Virus record (IMG/VR): IMGVR_UViG_3300048065_000485
Location: 1 to 53,076 of that record
Length of the DNA: 53,076 bases
Strand: one strand, 5' to 3'
Source of the DNA: a virus
Taxonomy: Duplodnaviria; Caudoviricetes
Made by a program: the position numbers and the translations under genes. This document shows, in pieces, positions 19,312 to 28,734 of this stretch (position 1 is the stretch's first letter; the number at the start of each line of letters is the position of its first letter). The notes beneath the pieces were generated by a model that did not search any database, was not told the DNA's origin, and saw only the letters and a list, made by a program, of their open reading frames with translations.

Positions 19312-22092
19312 ATGGCAACTTTAGTAAGTCCTGGTGTAAGTGTAACGACTACAGACGAAAGTTTTTACGCCCCCGCCGGTGCCGGTTCAGTCCCTTTGAT
19401 TGTTATTGCAACAGCACAGGATAAGACAGCACCTGACGGTAGTGGTACAGCCGCTTTCACAACATCAGCAAACTCAAATAAACTTAAATTGATCACAAGT
19501 CAAAGAGAGTTATTACAGAACTATGGTAATCCAACATTCAAATCAAGTGGTTCTACACCTTTACATGGTGATGAACAAAATGAATATGGTTTACTTTCAG
19601 CCTATAGTTTCTTGGGCATAGCCAATAGAGCATACGTTTTAAGAGCAGATGTAGATTTAGGTGATTTATCATCAAGTGCAACAGCACCTACAAATAATCC
19701 TGCTAACGGTTCTTATTGGTTAGATACTTCAGCAACAAGTTGGGGTGTGTATGAATATGTTTCAAGTGCATGGGTAAAACAAACAGTAAAACAAACATCA
19801 GCATCAGATATAGATTCAGACGGTGTTACACCTAAATCAAGTTTTGGACAAGACGGCGAATACTGTGCCGTTTATCTAACAACTTCAGGTGGTACGCAAC
19901 CTAAAATTAGTTTCTTCCAGAAACTAAGCGGTACATGGAGAAATATTGGTTCATCTGCATGGTCAAGTGCAGTAAGTGGTTCAAATGGTAATTTCCAATT
20001 TGCAAGTCACTTAGCAATACCTACAACAAAAGCAGGTGGTGGTGCCTTAACAGCAGGTGATGTTCATATTAGAACAACATCAGCAAACAACGGTTCAAAC
20101 CTTGTTGTTAAATTATACAGTTCAACAACTAATCAATTTACAACAGAATCAATTGTTATAGATTCTAAGTCAGATTCAGTATATACAAACACTTATAGTT
20201 CACCAAAAGTTGGTGATTTATGGGCAAACACTGAAGGCGAAGATGGCGTAGCAAGTATTACTTTACAAAGACATAATGGTGAATCTACTTTAACAGTAGC
20301 AAGTTCATCAGCATTGACTGGTACACAAAATGTTTCCGGACATTCTGGTAAAATAAGTTTCAACCTTACAATTAATGAAGGAACAACTATTCCAGTTACT
20401 TTCTCAACAGGTGGCGGAAGTGCAACAGTTGATAATCTAGTAACTGATATTCAGTCAGCATTATCAAGTGCTAATCCGGCCACAACTTTTGCAAATACTG
20501 TAACAGCATCTAACGATGGTGGTAAAATTACTTTTACAACAAGTACAGGTAAAGATATTAAATTTGCGGCAGGTAATGTTTCTGGGTATGATTCATCAGA
20601 CCTTAACATAGCAGGTGGTACATATAGTAACTTTAAAGACCTAAGTTTTACAGCAAGTAGTACAACACTTACAGGTGTTGCTACAGAGGGTGACCTTTGG
20701 TATGATAATAATGTTTCTAATACAAACATTGATATTTTATATCAAAATGCTGGTTCATGGGCAACATATACTGGTGATGTACAATTTGCGGCTTCAGAAC
20801 CAAGTAAGCAATCAGATGGTACGACTTCTTTATCAACTAATGATCTTTGGATTGATAGTAGTGATTTAGAAAACTTCCCTAAAATTTATAAACGTAGTGC
20901 CGCAAGTGCTTGGGTATTAGTAGATAATACAGACCAAGTTTCTAGCGATGGTATATTGTTTGGGGACTTTAGATCAAGCAGTGATGCAAGTTTTATAAGT
21001 ACAGCAAATGGACTTCCAAATGCGGCATTATACCCAAGTGGTATGTTAGCATGGAACAAAATGGCTTCTGTTGGTAATATTAAAAAGTATGACGCAACAA
21101 ATAGTTTATGGAAAGATCATTCTGGTAATAAATCAGACGGTTCACCTTACATGATGCGTAAAGCTCAAAGACAAGTAATTGTTACAGCACTTCAAAGTGC
21201 CATTACAGCAAGTTCAGAAATCAGAAACGAAACAAATAGATTTAATCTAATTGCATGTCCTGGTTATGCAGAACTTATGGATGAGATGATTACTTTAAGT
21301 ACAGATAGAAAAAATACTGCATTCGTAGTTGGTGATGCACCACTAAGATTAGCGGCAGATTCTACAAGTACAGCGGCTTGGGCAAACAATACAGGTGTTG
21401 CAGATGTAAATGGAGAAGACGGACTAGTTAGTTCATCACCATATGCGGCTGTATACTACCCACATGGTTTAGCAACAAACTTAGACGGTACAAACGTTAT
21501 GGTTCCAGCAAGTTATATGGCTTTAAGAACTATTGCATTTAACGACCAAGTGGCTTTCCCATGGTTTGCACCAGCAGGATTCCAAAGAGGATTAGTAAAC
21601 AACGTTTCAAGTGTTGGATATTTAGATTCAACTACAAGTGAATTTGAAGCAGTTGCTTTAAGTGAAGGACAAAGAGATAGCCTTTACAGTAATAAAGTTA
21701 ATCCAATTGGAAACTTCCCTGGAAGAGGTATTGCTATATTTGGACAGAAAACTTTAAACCCAAATGCAAGTGCATTGGATAGAGTTAATGTTGCACGTTT
21801 AGTAGTTTATATAAGAGAAAGACTTGATGATATCGTTAAGCCATTCTTGTTTGAACCAAATGACGAAGTAACAAGAGCAAATGCCAAAACTGTAGTAGAT
21901 AGATTCCTTGGACAATTAGTTGCACAAAGAGGTTTATTTGACTTTATCACAGTTTGTGATACTACAAATAATACAGCGGCTAGAATAGATAACAATCAAT
22001 TGTATATAGATGTAGCAATACAACCTGTTAAAGCAGTTGAATTTATTTATATTCCAATTAGAATCCAAAATACATTGGGCTCAACAGCATAA
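19312..22092 (+). CDS. gp18: Tail sheath protein
   Basis: LVSPGV N-terminus; FPWFAPAG..RG, LY...VNPI, GQKTL, RVNVARL, FEPND C-terminal sheath motifs. Confidence 0.96.
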   Translation: MATLVSPGVSVTTTDESFYAPAGAGSVPLIVIATAQDKTAPDGSGTAAFTTSANSNKLKLITSQRELLQNYGNPTFKSSGSTPLHGDEQNEYGLLSAYSFLGIANRAYVLRADVDLGDLSSSATAPTNNPANGSYWLDTSATSWGVYEYVSSAWVKQTVKQTSASDIDSDGVTPKSSFGQDGEYCAVYLTTSGGTQPKISFFQKLSGTWRNIGSSAWSSAVSGSNGNFQFASHLAIPTTKAGGGALTAGDVHIRTTSANNGSNLVVKLYSSTTNQFTTESIVIDSKSDSVYTNTYSSPKVGDLWANTEGEDGVASITLQRHNGESTLTVASSSALTGTQNVSGHSGKISFNLTINEGTTIPVTFSTGGGSATVDNLVTDIQSALSSANPATTFANTVTASNDGGKITFTTSTGKDIKFAAGNVSGYDSSDLNIAGGTYSNFKDLSFTASSTTLTGVATEGDLWYDNNVSNTNIDILYQNAGSWATYTGDVQFAASEPSKQSDGTTSLSTNDLWIDSSDLENFPKIYKRSAASAWVLVDNTDQVSSDGILFGDFRSSSDASFISTANGLPNAALYPSGMLAWNKMASVGNIKKYDATNSLWKDHSGNKSDGSPYMMRKAQRQVIVTALQSAITASSEIRNETNRFNLIACPGYAELMDEMITLSTDRKNTAFVVGDAPLRLAADSTSTAAWANNTGVADVNGEDGLVSSSPYAAVYYPHGLATNLDGTNVMVPASYMALRTIAFNDQVAFPWFAPAGFQRGLVNNVSSVGYLDSTTSEFEAVALSEGQRDSLYSNKVNPIGNFPGRGIAIFGQKTLNPNASALDRVNVARLVVYIRERLDDIVKPFLFEPNDEVTRANAKTVVDRFLGQLVAQRGLFDFITVCDTTNNTAARIDNNQLYIDVAIQPVKAVEFIYIPIRIQNTLGSTA

Positions 22093-22112
22093 GTTTAACA
22101 ACTTAAACATTT

Positions 22113-22138
22113 AAAGGGCGGTTTTACTGCCCTTTTTT
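22113..22138 (+). terminator. Rho-independent terminator after the sheath gene
   Basis: AAAGGGCGGT-TTT-ACTGCCCTTTTTT hairpin with U tract. Confidence 0.8.
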
Positions 22139-22228
22139 GTGTCATAATTAAAACTAGAGTTAATTAAATTGACCCAAAGATGATAAATATTCGTATAATT
22201 AGTTCATAAAGAACAAATGGAGTAAAAA

Positions 22229-22870
22229 ATGGCAACATCATCAGCAACAACAGAAACAAAAAGTAAGTTTGGTGTACCTACAGGAACTGGTACTTCTGGC
22301 ATCTTAATGCCTAAATTAAAGTATAGATTCCGTGTAAGTTTTCTAAACAACTTTGGTGGTTCAACTAATACTGTTTCACTGACACAGAATGTTCAAAGTG
22401 TGGTAAGACCTAAAATTAATTATGAGGAAGTAATTATTGATAGTTACAACTCTCGTACTTATTTGCAAGGTAAACACAGTTGGGACCCAATTAGTGTAAC
22501 AATTAGGGATGATATACAGAATAAGGTTGCTAAGTTAGTAGGTGCACAGGTACAAAGACAACTTAACCATTTCCAACAAACAACACCAGCCGCAGGTTCC
22601 GACTATAAATTTGATATGCAAATTGAAGTATTAGACGGTGTAAATGCAGGTGCTAGTGAAGTTTGGTTCCTAGAAGGGTGTTTCTTAACACAATCAGATT
22701 ACAGTGAAGCAGACTATAGTTCTAACGATCAACAGACTGTTACTATGATGATACGTTATGATAACGCAACACACTTCCAAGGCGATAATGATGTTAATGG
22801 AAGAGTTGAAGCGGGTAATCCGTTCCCTGATGATAACACACTAGCAGATAATAGCGGCGTTATAGTATAA
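22229..22870 (+). CDS. gp19: Tail tube protein
   Basis: Follows the sheath; PKLKYRFRV, GKHSW..I.VT.RDD, W.LEGCF, I.YDNA; late box at 22182-22189. Confidence 0.85.
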   Translation: MATSSATTETKSKFGVPTGTGTSGILMPKLKYRFRVSFLNNFGGSTNTVSLTQNVQSVVRPKINYEEVIIDSYNSRTYLQGKHSWDPISVTIRDDIQNKVAKLVGAQVQRQLNHFQQTTPAAGSDYKFDMQIEVLDGVNAGASEVWFLEGCFLTQSDYSEADYSSNDQQTVTMMIRYDNATHFQGDNDVNGRVEAGNPFPDDNTLADNSGVIV

Positions 22871-22885
22871 TAACGGAGTACTCTA

Positions 22886-23977
22886 GTGAAATATACACGT
22901 TTTACTGGTAAAAATACAGTAGACAATTTTTATGCTAGAGACTTTAGGAATAACTATAGGTTTAGACCTGAAGTTAATCCTCCTAGACAGCAGTTTCAGG
23001 GATATGTAAATTTCATATTCAACAGAAACGTGTTACAGTTATTAGGTAATGAGAATCTAACATTTAAAACAAGTATGAGCAGTTTGGTAAGAACTGCTCA
23101 ACTTCCTGCGGTCGATTTCAACATAGTTGAAAAAAACAATTTTAATAAGAAAAGAAATGTTACTACAGGCGTAACTTATGCACCTGTAGATATCACAGTA
23201 TTTGATACAGTGAATAATGAATGGTTAACTGTATTAATGAAATATTTTTCTTACTTACACATGGACCCAAGAAATAAAAACTCTTTTGGGGATAGAGATA
23301 TTAATTTCTATAATTCAATGTCAGAAGAATTAGCAGGAAGTAATTTTGGAGCAGGTTCTAATTTTAATAGTAATGAAGCAGGTCTTAATTTACAAGTAGA
23401 TCAAAACTTTTTTGAACGAATAGATTATATTTTATATGCAGGTGGAAAAGGCGTACAATACAGTTTAATGAAACCTATGATAAAAAGTTTTGCACCAAAA
23501 ACTGTAGACTATTCATCTAGTGATTTTATGGACTTTAGTTTAAATCTAGTTTACGAAAACTTTACTACATTTGATATTGTGAATTTTGATTTAGGAGAAG
23601 TAGACTTAGATAGATTTGAAGACATTGGAGACTTTACTATTCCAGGCGAAGAAAATCTTAAACCAATATCACTAGAAGTTGAAACAGACTTTGCATTCTT
23701 AGGTAATAAATCTAATAATAATATACCTGGTGTAGGCACAAGGCCTAGATCAGCACAGCCTTTAAAAGGTCCTAGTGATCCTATAGGTGATTGGTTAACA
23801 GATAATTTAGGAGATACAGTAGGTGGATTCTTAGGTGATGCTTTATCTACAGCAGTAGGAGTAAAACCTACATACGGAGACTGGAAAGATAAAGTAGAGA
23901 ACGATTTAATAGATAGTGTTACTAGTGGCATAGCAAATGCTTTCACAAAGCCACCAAAAGATAGTGGAGGTTCTTAA
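22886..23977 (+). CDS. Tail-tube-fold baseplate/tube initiator-like protein
   Basis: AQLP..., Y.PV.IT.FD, tube-like C-terminal strand pattern; position after gp19. Confidence 0.55.
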   Translation: MKYTRFTGKNTVDNFYARDFRNNYRFRPEVNPPRQQFQGYVNFIFNRNVLQLLGNENLTFKTSMSSLVRTAQLPAVDFNIVEKNNFNKKRNVTTGVTYAPVDITVFDTVNNEWLTVLMKYFSYLHMDPRNKNSFGDRDINFYNSMSEELAGSNFGAGSNFNSNEAGLNLQVDQNFFERIDYILYAGGKGVQYSLMKPMIKSFAPKTVDYSSSDFMDFSLNLVYENFTTFDIVNFDLGEVDLDRFEDIGDFTIPGEENLKPISLEVETDFAFLGNKSNNNIPGVGTRPRSAQPLKGPSDPIGDWLTDNLGDTVGGFLGDALSTAVGVKPTYGDWKDKVENDLIDSVTSGIANAFTKPPKDSGGS

Positions 23978-24411
23978 TGAGCTCATCATTATACGAAACA
24001 TTTGGTAGTGAAATAAATTATAAATTTACAGCAGGTAAATTAGAAGCATATTTAGATAATGCTAGTGTTAAATTTCCCCTACCAGAAGCAAGTTCAGAAA
24101 TATTAGCAGAATTGGCTAAGGTTAAGGAAATTGCTATAGATCCTCAAAAATTAGATGTAATTAAAACTAAACTAGTTGCTATAGGATTCAGTCAATCTAA
24201 TGCTAATGCAATGGCAAAAGTTTTAATTCAAATAGCAAAAGTTCAGAATGTAGATCCTACAGCATACTTTGATATGAATGCAGACACTCTTAAATTAAGT
24301 GTAGATGCATTTGAAGCCATGAATGCTATACGACCAGCAGGTAATAAAGTAGATTTAAAAGAGCCATTAGATAATTCTAGAAGTAAAGTCGCCAAACTTA
24401 TCAAGGCCTAA
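23977..24411 (+). CDS. Hypothetical (virion module) protein
   Basis: Translationally coupled 144-aa ORF. Confidence 0.7.
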   Translation: MSSSLYETFGSEINYKFTAGKLEAYLDNASVKFPLPEASSEILAELAKVKEIAIDPQKLDVIKTKLVAIGFSQSNANAMAKVLIQIAKVQNVDPTAYFDMNADTLKLSVDAFEAMNAIRPAGNKVDLKEPLDNSRSKVAKLIKA

Positions 24412-24412
24412 C

Positions 24413-24883
24413 ATGGGCAAATTCGCCACAGGAAAATACGAAGTAGTCAACAAAGGTAAATTTGTTGGTAACAGAAATCCTACCTATAGAAGTAGTTGGG
24501 AATTAGCATTTATGCGAATGTGTGATGCACATCCTAACATTACTAAATGGGCCAGTGAAAATGTAAAAATTCCTTATAGAAATCCAGTATCAGGAAATTA
24601 TACAAATTATGTTCCTGATTTTATGATACAGTATATTGACAAAAATGAAACTCCACATGTAGAGTTAATAGAAATTAAACCTCGTAATCAAACAACAATG
24701 GAAAGTGCTAGATCGCAAGGACAAAAATTACAAACTGTTATAAATGCCGCTAAATGGACAGCCGCACAAGAATGGTGTAAACGTAAAGGCATACGTTTTA
24801 AAGTTATAAATGAAGATCAAATATTTTCTAATAAGAAACCTCGCAAGGCGAAAAAAAGAATTTCTAAGCCTAGAATCAAATAA
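24413..24883 (+). CDS. gp4: Head completion nuclease (T4 gp4-like, TnsA-type PD-(D/E)xK)
   Basis: YRSSWE..FM..CD, WASE...IPY, Y.PDF, IEIKP, N.AKW.AA. Confidence 0.9.
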   Translation: MGKFATGKYEVVNKGKFVGNRNPTYRSSWELAFMRMCDAHPNITKWASENVKIPYRNPVSGNYTNYVPDFMIQYIDKNETPHVELIEIKPRNQTTMESARSQGQKLQTVINAAKWTAAQEWCKRKGIRFKVINEDQIFSNKKPRKAKKRISKPRIK

Positions 24884-24891
24884 ATAGTAGT

Positions 24892-25371
24892 ATGACTAAG
24901 AAACTAGAAGAAGAATTTAATCTGCCTCCTATTGAAGAAGTTACTCAACAGGAAACATTGCCTACTGTAGAAGAATCTAAAGAAAGTATAGAAGAAGTGC
25001 AAGGTGCTTTAAGTGTAAGTGAAAAGATAAATTTAGCATTTAAAGAAATAAAAGGATTAGAAGATCACGAAGTTGAAATGAATGATATAGCCAAAAAGGC
25101 TATAGAAAGTTATGAGCAACTTATGAATCTAGGTATGAATGTCAGCGATATGGCGGCTGGTAAAGTATTTGCAGAAGCAAGTAATATGTTAAAAATAGCC
25201 TTAGATGCCAGTGATGCTAAAACAAAAGCAAAACTACAACAAATAGATTTAATGCTTAAAAAAGCAAGAATAGATAAGTTTGATAATAAGGGTACTGAAG
25301 CAGAGTCAGTTCAAGCAACTGTTTTTGATAGAAATGAACTATTAAAAATTATTAATACTAAAGAAGACTAG
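24892..25371 (+). CDS. Possible terminase small subunit
   Basis: Helical 159-aa protein ending VFDRNELLK, in the packaging neighbourhood; late box 5 nt upstream. Confidence 0.45.
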   Translation: MTKKLEEEFNLPPIEEVTQQETLPTVEESKESIEEVQGALSVSEKINLAFKEIKGLEDHEVEMNDIAKKAIESYEQLMNLGMNVSDMAAGKVFAEASNMLKIALDASDAKTKAKLQQIDLMLKKARIDKFDNKGTEAESVQATVFDRNELLKIINTKED

Positions 25372-25490
25372 TTAGATCTTTCAGGTCTTACCCACTCGCC
25401 GTTTCTAAATACTGCAAGTTCCCCTAAATTACATAATGTATACTCGCCTTCTTGAGGATGTTGTGGTTCTCTAACTTTAATTTTTTCCAT
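25368..25490 (-). CDS. 40-aa microprotein on the opposite strand
   Basis: TATAAATA-ATAGT-ATG at 25490; MEKIKVREPQHPQEGEYTLCNLGELAVFRNGEWVRPERSN. Confidence 0.6.
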   Translation of the reverse strand: MEKIKVREPQHPQEGEYTLCNLGELAVFRNGEWVRPERSN

Positions 25491-25568
25491 ACTATTATTT
25501 ATAACTTTATTTTTTTGATAAGTGATTTTATTAAAAATGATAAATAAGTATATCAACGGAGTTTAAGT

Positions 25569-26267
25569 ATGGAATTAAAAAATTATATAGCAGAATCATT
25601 TAATAAAGAATATGCTTATAGAGTCAAACTTGCACACGACTGTGGTGCAGAACAAATGGATATGATAGAAAAATGTTTAGCAAAATACAATTTTGTTAGT
25701 GCATCTCCATTTAAAAGGGCTCCGATTCAAGAGAATCCAGTAGAATTTCAAAGAGCAAAAAATGCCAACTTTACTTCAGAAGTATGTAGTACAGATGTTG
25801 TACTTAAATACCCAGTCAACGAAAGAATTTTAGAAGTATGGTTAGCAGTAAATTTAGGCATGGATCACGAAAGAGTTCTATGTTATGGTGTAGATGAGCC
25901 TAGACGTGTTGAAGCAGATATTCAAGCAGAAAGACTTGCTAATGATGAAGATAGGCAAGTTAGTGAAGAAGATGCTTTATTAAACGATGAAAATATGGAA
26001 CACTATGAAGCTCACCAAGATGGAATAGATGCTAAAGATTTTGGATTTGGTGAAGAATTCAACGAAGCATTTTTAAAAGAATTAGAAAAAATTAAAGCAG
26101 AAAAAGGTGCAGACTATTTCCGCAACTATCCTAGTAAGGACGAGTTAATGGGTGATAATTTAAGACCTATGTATGATACACTTACAGGACAACCTAATAT
26201 GGGTAGAGGTGCAGAACAAGCCAAACAAGTTGATAATATTGCACAACACGGTTCTAGAAGTAGATAA
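25569..26267 (+). CDS. Hypothetical (probable head-associated) protein
   Basis: GGAG SD; late box 25539-25546; N-terminal YIAE-S resembles a prohead-protease site. Confidence 0.7.
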   Translation: MELKNYIAESFNKEYAYRVKLAHDCGAEQMDMIEKCLAKYNFVSASPFKRAPIQENPVEFQRAKNANFTSEVCSTDVVLKYPVNERILEVWLAVNLGMDHERVLCYGVDEPRRVEADIQAERLANDEDRQVSEEDALLNDENMEHYEAHQDGIDAKDFGFGEEFNEAFLKELEKIKAEKGADYFRNYPSKDELMGDNLRPMYDTLTGQPNMGRGAEQAKQVDNIAQHGSRSR

Positions 26268-27103
26268 TGAAAATAAATCACATAGTAAATGAAAACGCGG
26301 CCTATTCTCCTGAAGAGGAGGCAAAGGCACGTGACTATTATGTTATTTTAAAGCAAGAAGATAAATTACGAGCAATAGCATTTGAAAAAATGTTTAGAAA
26401 GTATGGTGTTGCTGATATGGCAAGAAGGGCAACAGAAGAAGAATACGAAAGAATGTTAATGTCTATAGATGAAGATGGCGACTCTATTAAAGAAGCAGAA
26501 TATTCAGTTACAGTAAATGGTCAGACGCAACGTTATAAAGATATTAGAGGTGCAGATGTTAGAATTTGGAAACACATCCAAGGCCTAGAGCAAAAAACTA
26601 ATAAAGAAATTCTTAGTAAGTCTCCACAGGGAAAAGTAGATCCTAGTAAAATTATACTTAAAAGAAACGGTGTTGAAGTACCCCACAAATATACTGGTAA
26701 AGAAAAACAACCAATTACAGGACCTTTAATTAAAGAAGCAATGAGCGATGCATACGGTATTGTTAGTGCAGAACCTGAAGTAGAAGGTTCAGTAGAATTT
26801 AAACAACACAAGAATACTGATAAAGGTTCAGTAAGTATTGAAGCGGCAGGCGATACAATGCAGGATTTAGCAGATGTGCTTAAACTTGCAGGACTTACTT
26901 TACCAAAAGATATGCATAATGATCAAGAAGCATCAGCACATGATGATGAGCCAGAACAAGAAGATGTTTTATTATCACCTGATCACAAAGACGATGAAGA
27001 AAAATCTCCTTGTGATAGCCCAGATACAGACCCTTCATACGAAACAGATAAAGAAATCTTAATTAATTATATAAAAGATAAACTTAAAAAAAGCATTTCT
27101 TAA
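26267..27103 (+). CDS. Hypothetical acidic protein, possible internal head protein
   Basis: Coupled ORF with repeated (I/L/V)xE sites and an acidic C-terminus. Confidence 0.6.
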   Translation: MKINHIVNENAAYSPEEEAKARDYYVILKQEDKLRAIAFEKMFRKYGVADMARRATEEEYERMLMSIDEDGDSIKEAEYSVTVNGQTQRYKDIRGADVRIWKHIQGLEQKTNKEILSKSPQGKVDPSKIILKRNGVEVPHKYTGKEKQPITGPLIKEAMSDAYGIVSAEPEVEGSVEFKQHKNTDKGSVSIEAAGDTMQDLADVLKLAGLTLPKDMHNDQEASAHDDEPEQEDVLLSPDHKDDEEKSPCDSPDTDPSYETDKEILINYIKDKLKKSIS

Positions 27104-27127
27104 CATCATTACCACATAAATACTATT

Positions 27128-28723
27128 ATGGCAAGAGGAACAGCAGATACCAGTCTGGTTAAACAAGGCTATAGTAAAACCGCATATACACCAGATTCCC
27201 TACAAGATTTTAAGAATTGTGCAGATCCTGTGAACGGACCTCTGTATTTTATGGCAAATCATGTCAAAATTCAACATCCTACAAAAGGTGGTATAGACTT
27301 TGACCCTTTTGCATATCAGTTAGATCTAATAGAAAACTACAATAATTTTAGATATAGTATAAACATGCTGGGCAGACAGATGGGTAAAACTACTGTGGCG
27401 GCAGGATATTTGTTGTGGTATGCTATGTTTAAGCCTGACAGCACAATATTAGTTGCGGCTCATAAGGCGGCTGGTGCCTTTGAGATTATGCAACGTATTA
27501 GATATGCGTATGAAAGTGTACCAGATCATATAAGAGCAGGTGTGACAGAATACAATAAAGGCTCTATGGCATTTGATAATGGAAGTAGAATAGTTAGTGC
27601 AACAACTACAGAAAATACTGGTAGGGGTATGTCGTTAACGTTAGTTTACTTAGACGAGTTTGCATTTGTACCGCCCAGAATAGCAAGTGAGTTTTGGACA
27701 GCATTGTCTCCTACACTAGCAACAGGTGGTAAGTGTATAATTACATCAACGCCAAATAGTGATGAGGACACATTTGCTAGTATATGGAATTCTGCAAATA
27801 AAATGTTTGATGAACATGGTAATGAGCAAGAAGTAGGTGTAAATGGATTTAAACCTTTACTAGCAAAATGGGACGAACATCCAGATAGAGATGCCAATTG
27901 GGCAATAGAAGAAAGAGGTAGAATAGGTACAGAACGTTTTAAACGTGAACACGAATGTGAATTTGTTATATATGATGAAACACTTATTAACCAATTAAAA
28001 TTATTAGAACTTACAGGAAACGATCCTATTATGAAAATGGGTCATGTACGTTGGTTTAAATACCCAAGTCCAGAAAATATCTATGTTGTTACATTAGATC
28101 CAAGTACAGGAACAGGTGGTGACAATGCCGCCATACAAATTGTGGAACTCCCCTCAATGATTCAAGTAGGCGAATGGTGTCATAATAAAACACCTATAGA
28201 AGGGCAGATAAAGGTCATGTTAGAAGTAATGCATTTTATAAAGGAACAAGGTGCTCATACTATATATTGGACAGTTGAAAACAATGCAATTGGCGAGGCC
28301 GCACTTGTGGTGATCAGAGACACCGGAGAAGATGCTTTTCCTGGTGATTTCCTACACGAACCTAAAAGAATACAAGGTAAAACAGGCAGACGTGGCTTCC
28401 ATACAACACATAAAGTCAAAGTAGAATCATGTATAAACATGAAAAGACTAATTGAAAATGACAAACTTATTATTAATAGTAAGGCATGTTTATCAGAATT
28501 CAAAAATTTTGTTGCTAAGGGTAATAGTTTCGCGGCTAGACCAGGCGATTCAGACGACTTGGTAATGAGTATGATGATTGCTGTTAGAGTAATAGACTAT
28601 GTAAGTACATTTGAAGATGAAGTATATGACGCAGTTAATAATAGTTTAGGTGTAGACTCTCTTTATTCAACTGGTGGCGACGATGATGACTACGATGATC
28701 CGATGCCAATTGGCATAATCTGA
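27128..28723 (+). CDS. gp17: Terminase large subunit
   Basis: RQMGKTT Walker A, YLDEFAF Walker B, ITSTPN, nuclease DPSTG.GGD and DDLVM. Confidence 0.96.
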   Translation: MARGTADTSLVKQGYSKTAYTPDSLQDFKNCADPVNGPLYFMANHVKIQHPTKGGIDFDPFAYQLDLIENYNNFRYSINMLGRQMGKTTVAAGYLLWYAMFKPDSTILVAAHKAAGAFEIMQRIRYAYESVPDHIRAGVTEYNKGSMAFDNGSRIVSATTTENTGRGMSLTLVYLDEFAFVPPRIASEFWTALSPTLATGGKCIITSTPNSDEDTFASIWNSANKMFDEHGNEQEVGVNGFKPLLAKWDEHPDRDANWAIEERGRIGTERFKREHECEFVIYDETLINQLKLLELTGNDPIMKMGHVRWFKYPSPENIYVVTLDPSTGTGGDNAAIQIVELPSMIQVGEWCHNKTPIEGQIKVMLEVMHFIKEQGAHTIYWTVENNAIGEAALVVIRDTGEDAFPGDFLHEPKRIQGKTGRRGFHTTHKVKVESCINMKRLIENDKLIINSKACLSEFKNFVAKGNSFAARPGDSDDLVMSMMIAVRVIDYVSTFEDEVYDAVNNSLGVDSLYSTGGDDDDYDDPMPIGII

Positions 28724-28734
28724 TAAATACTTGT

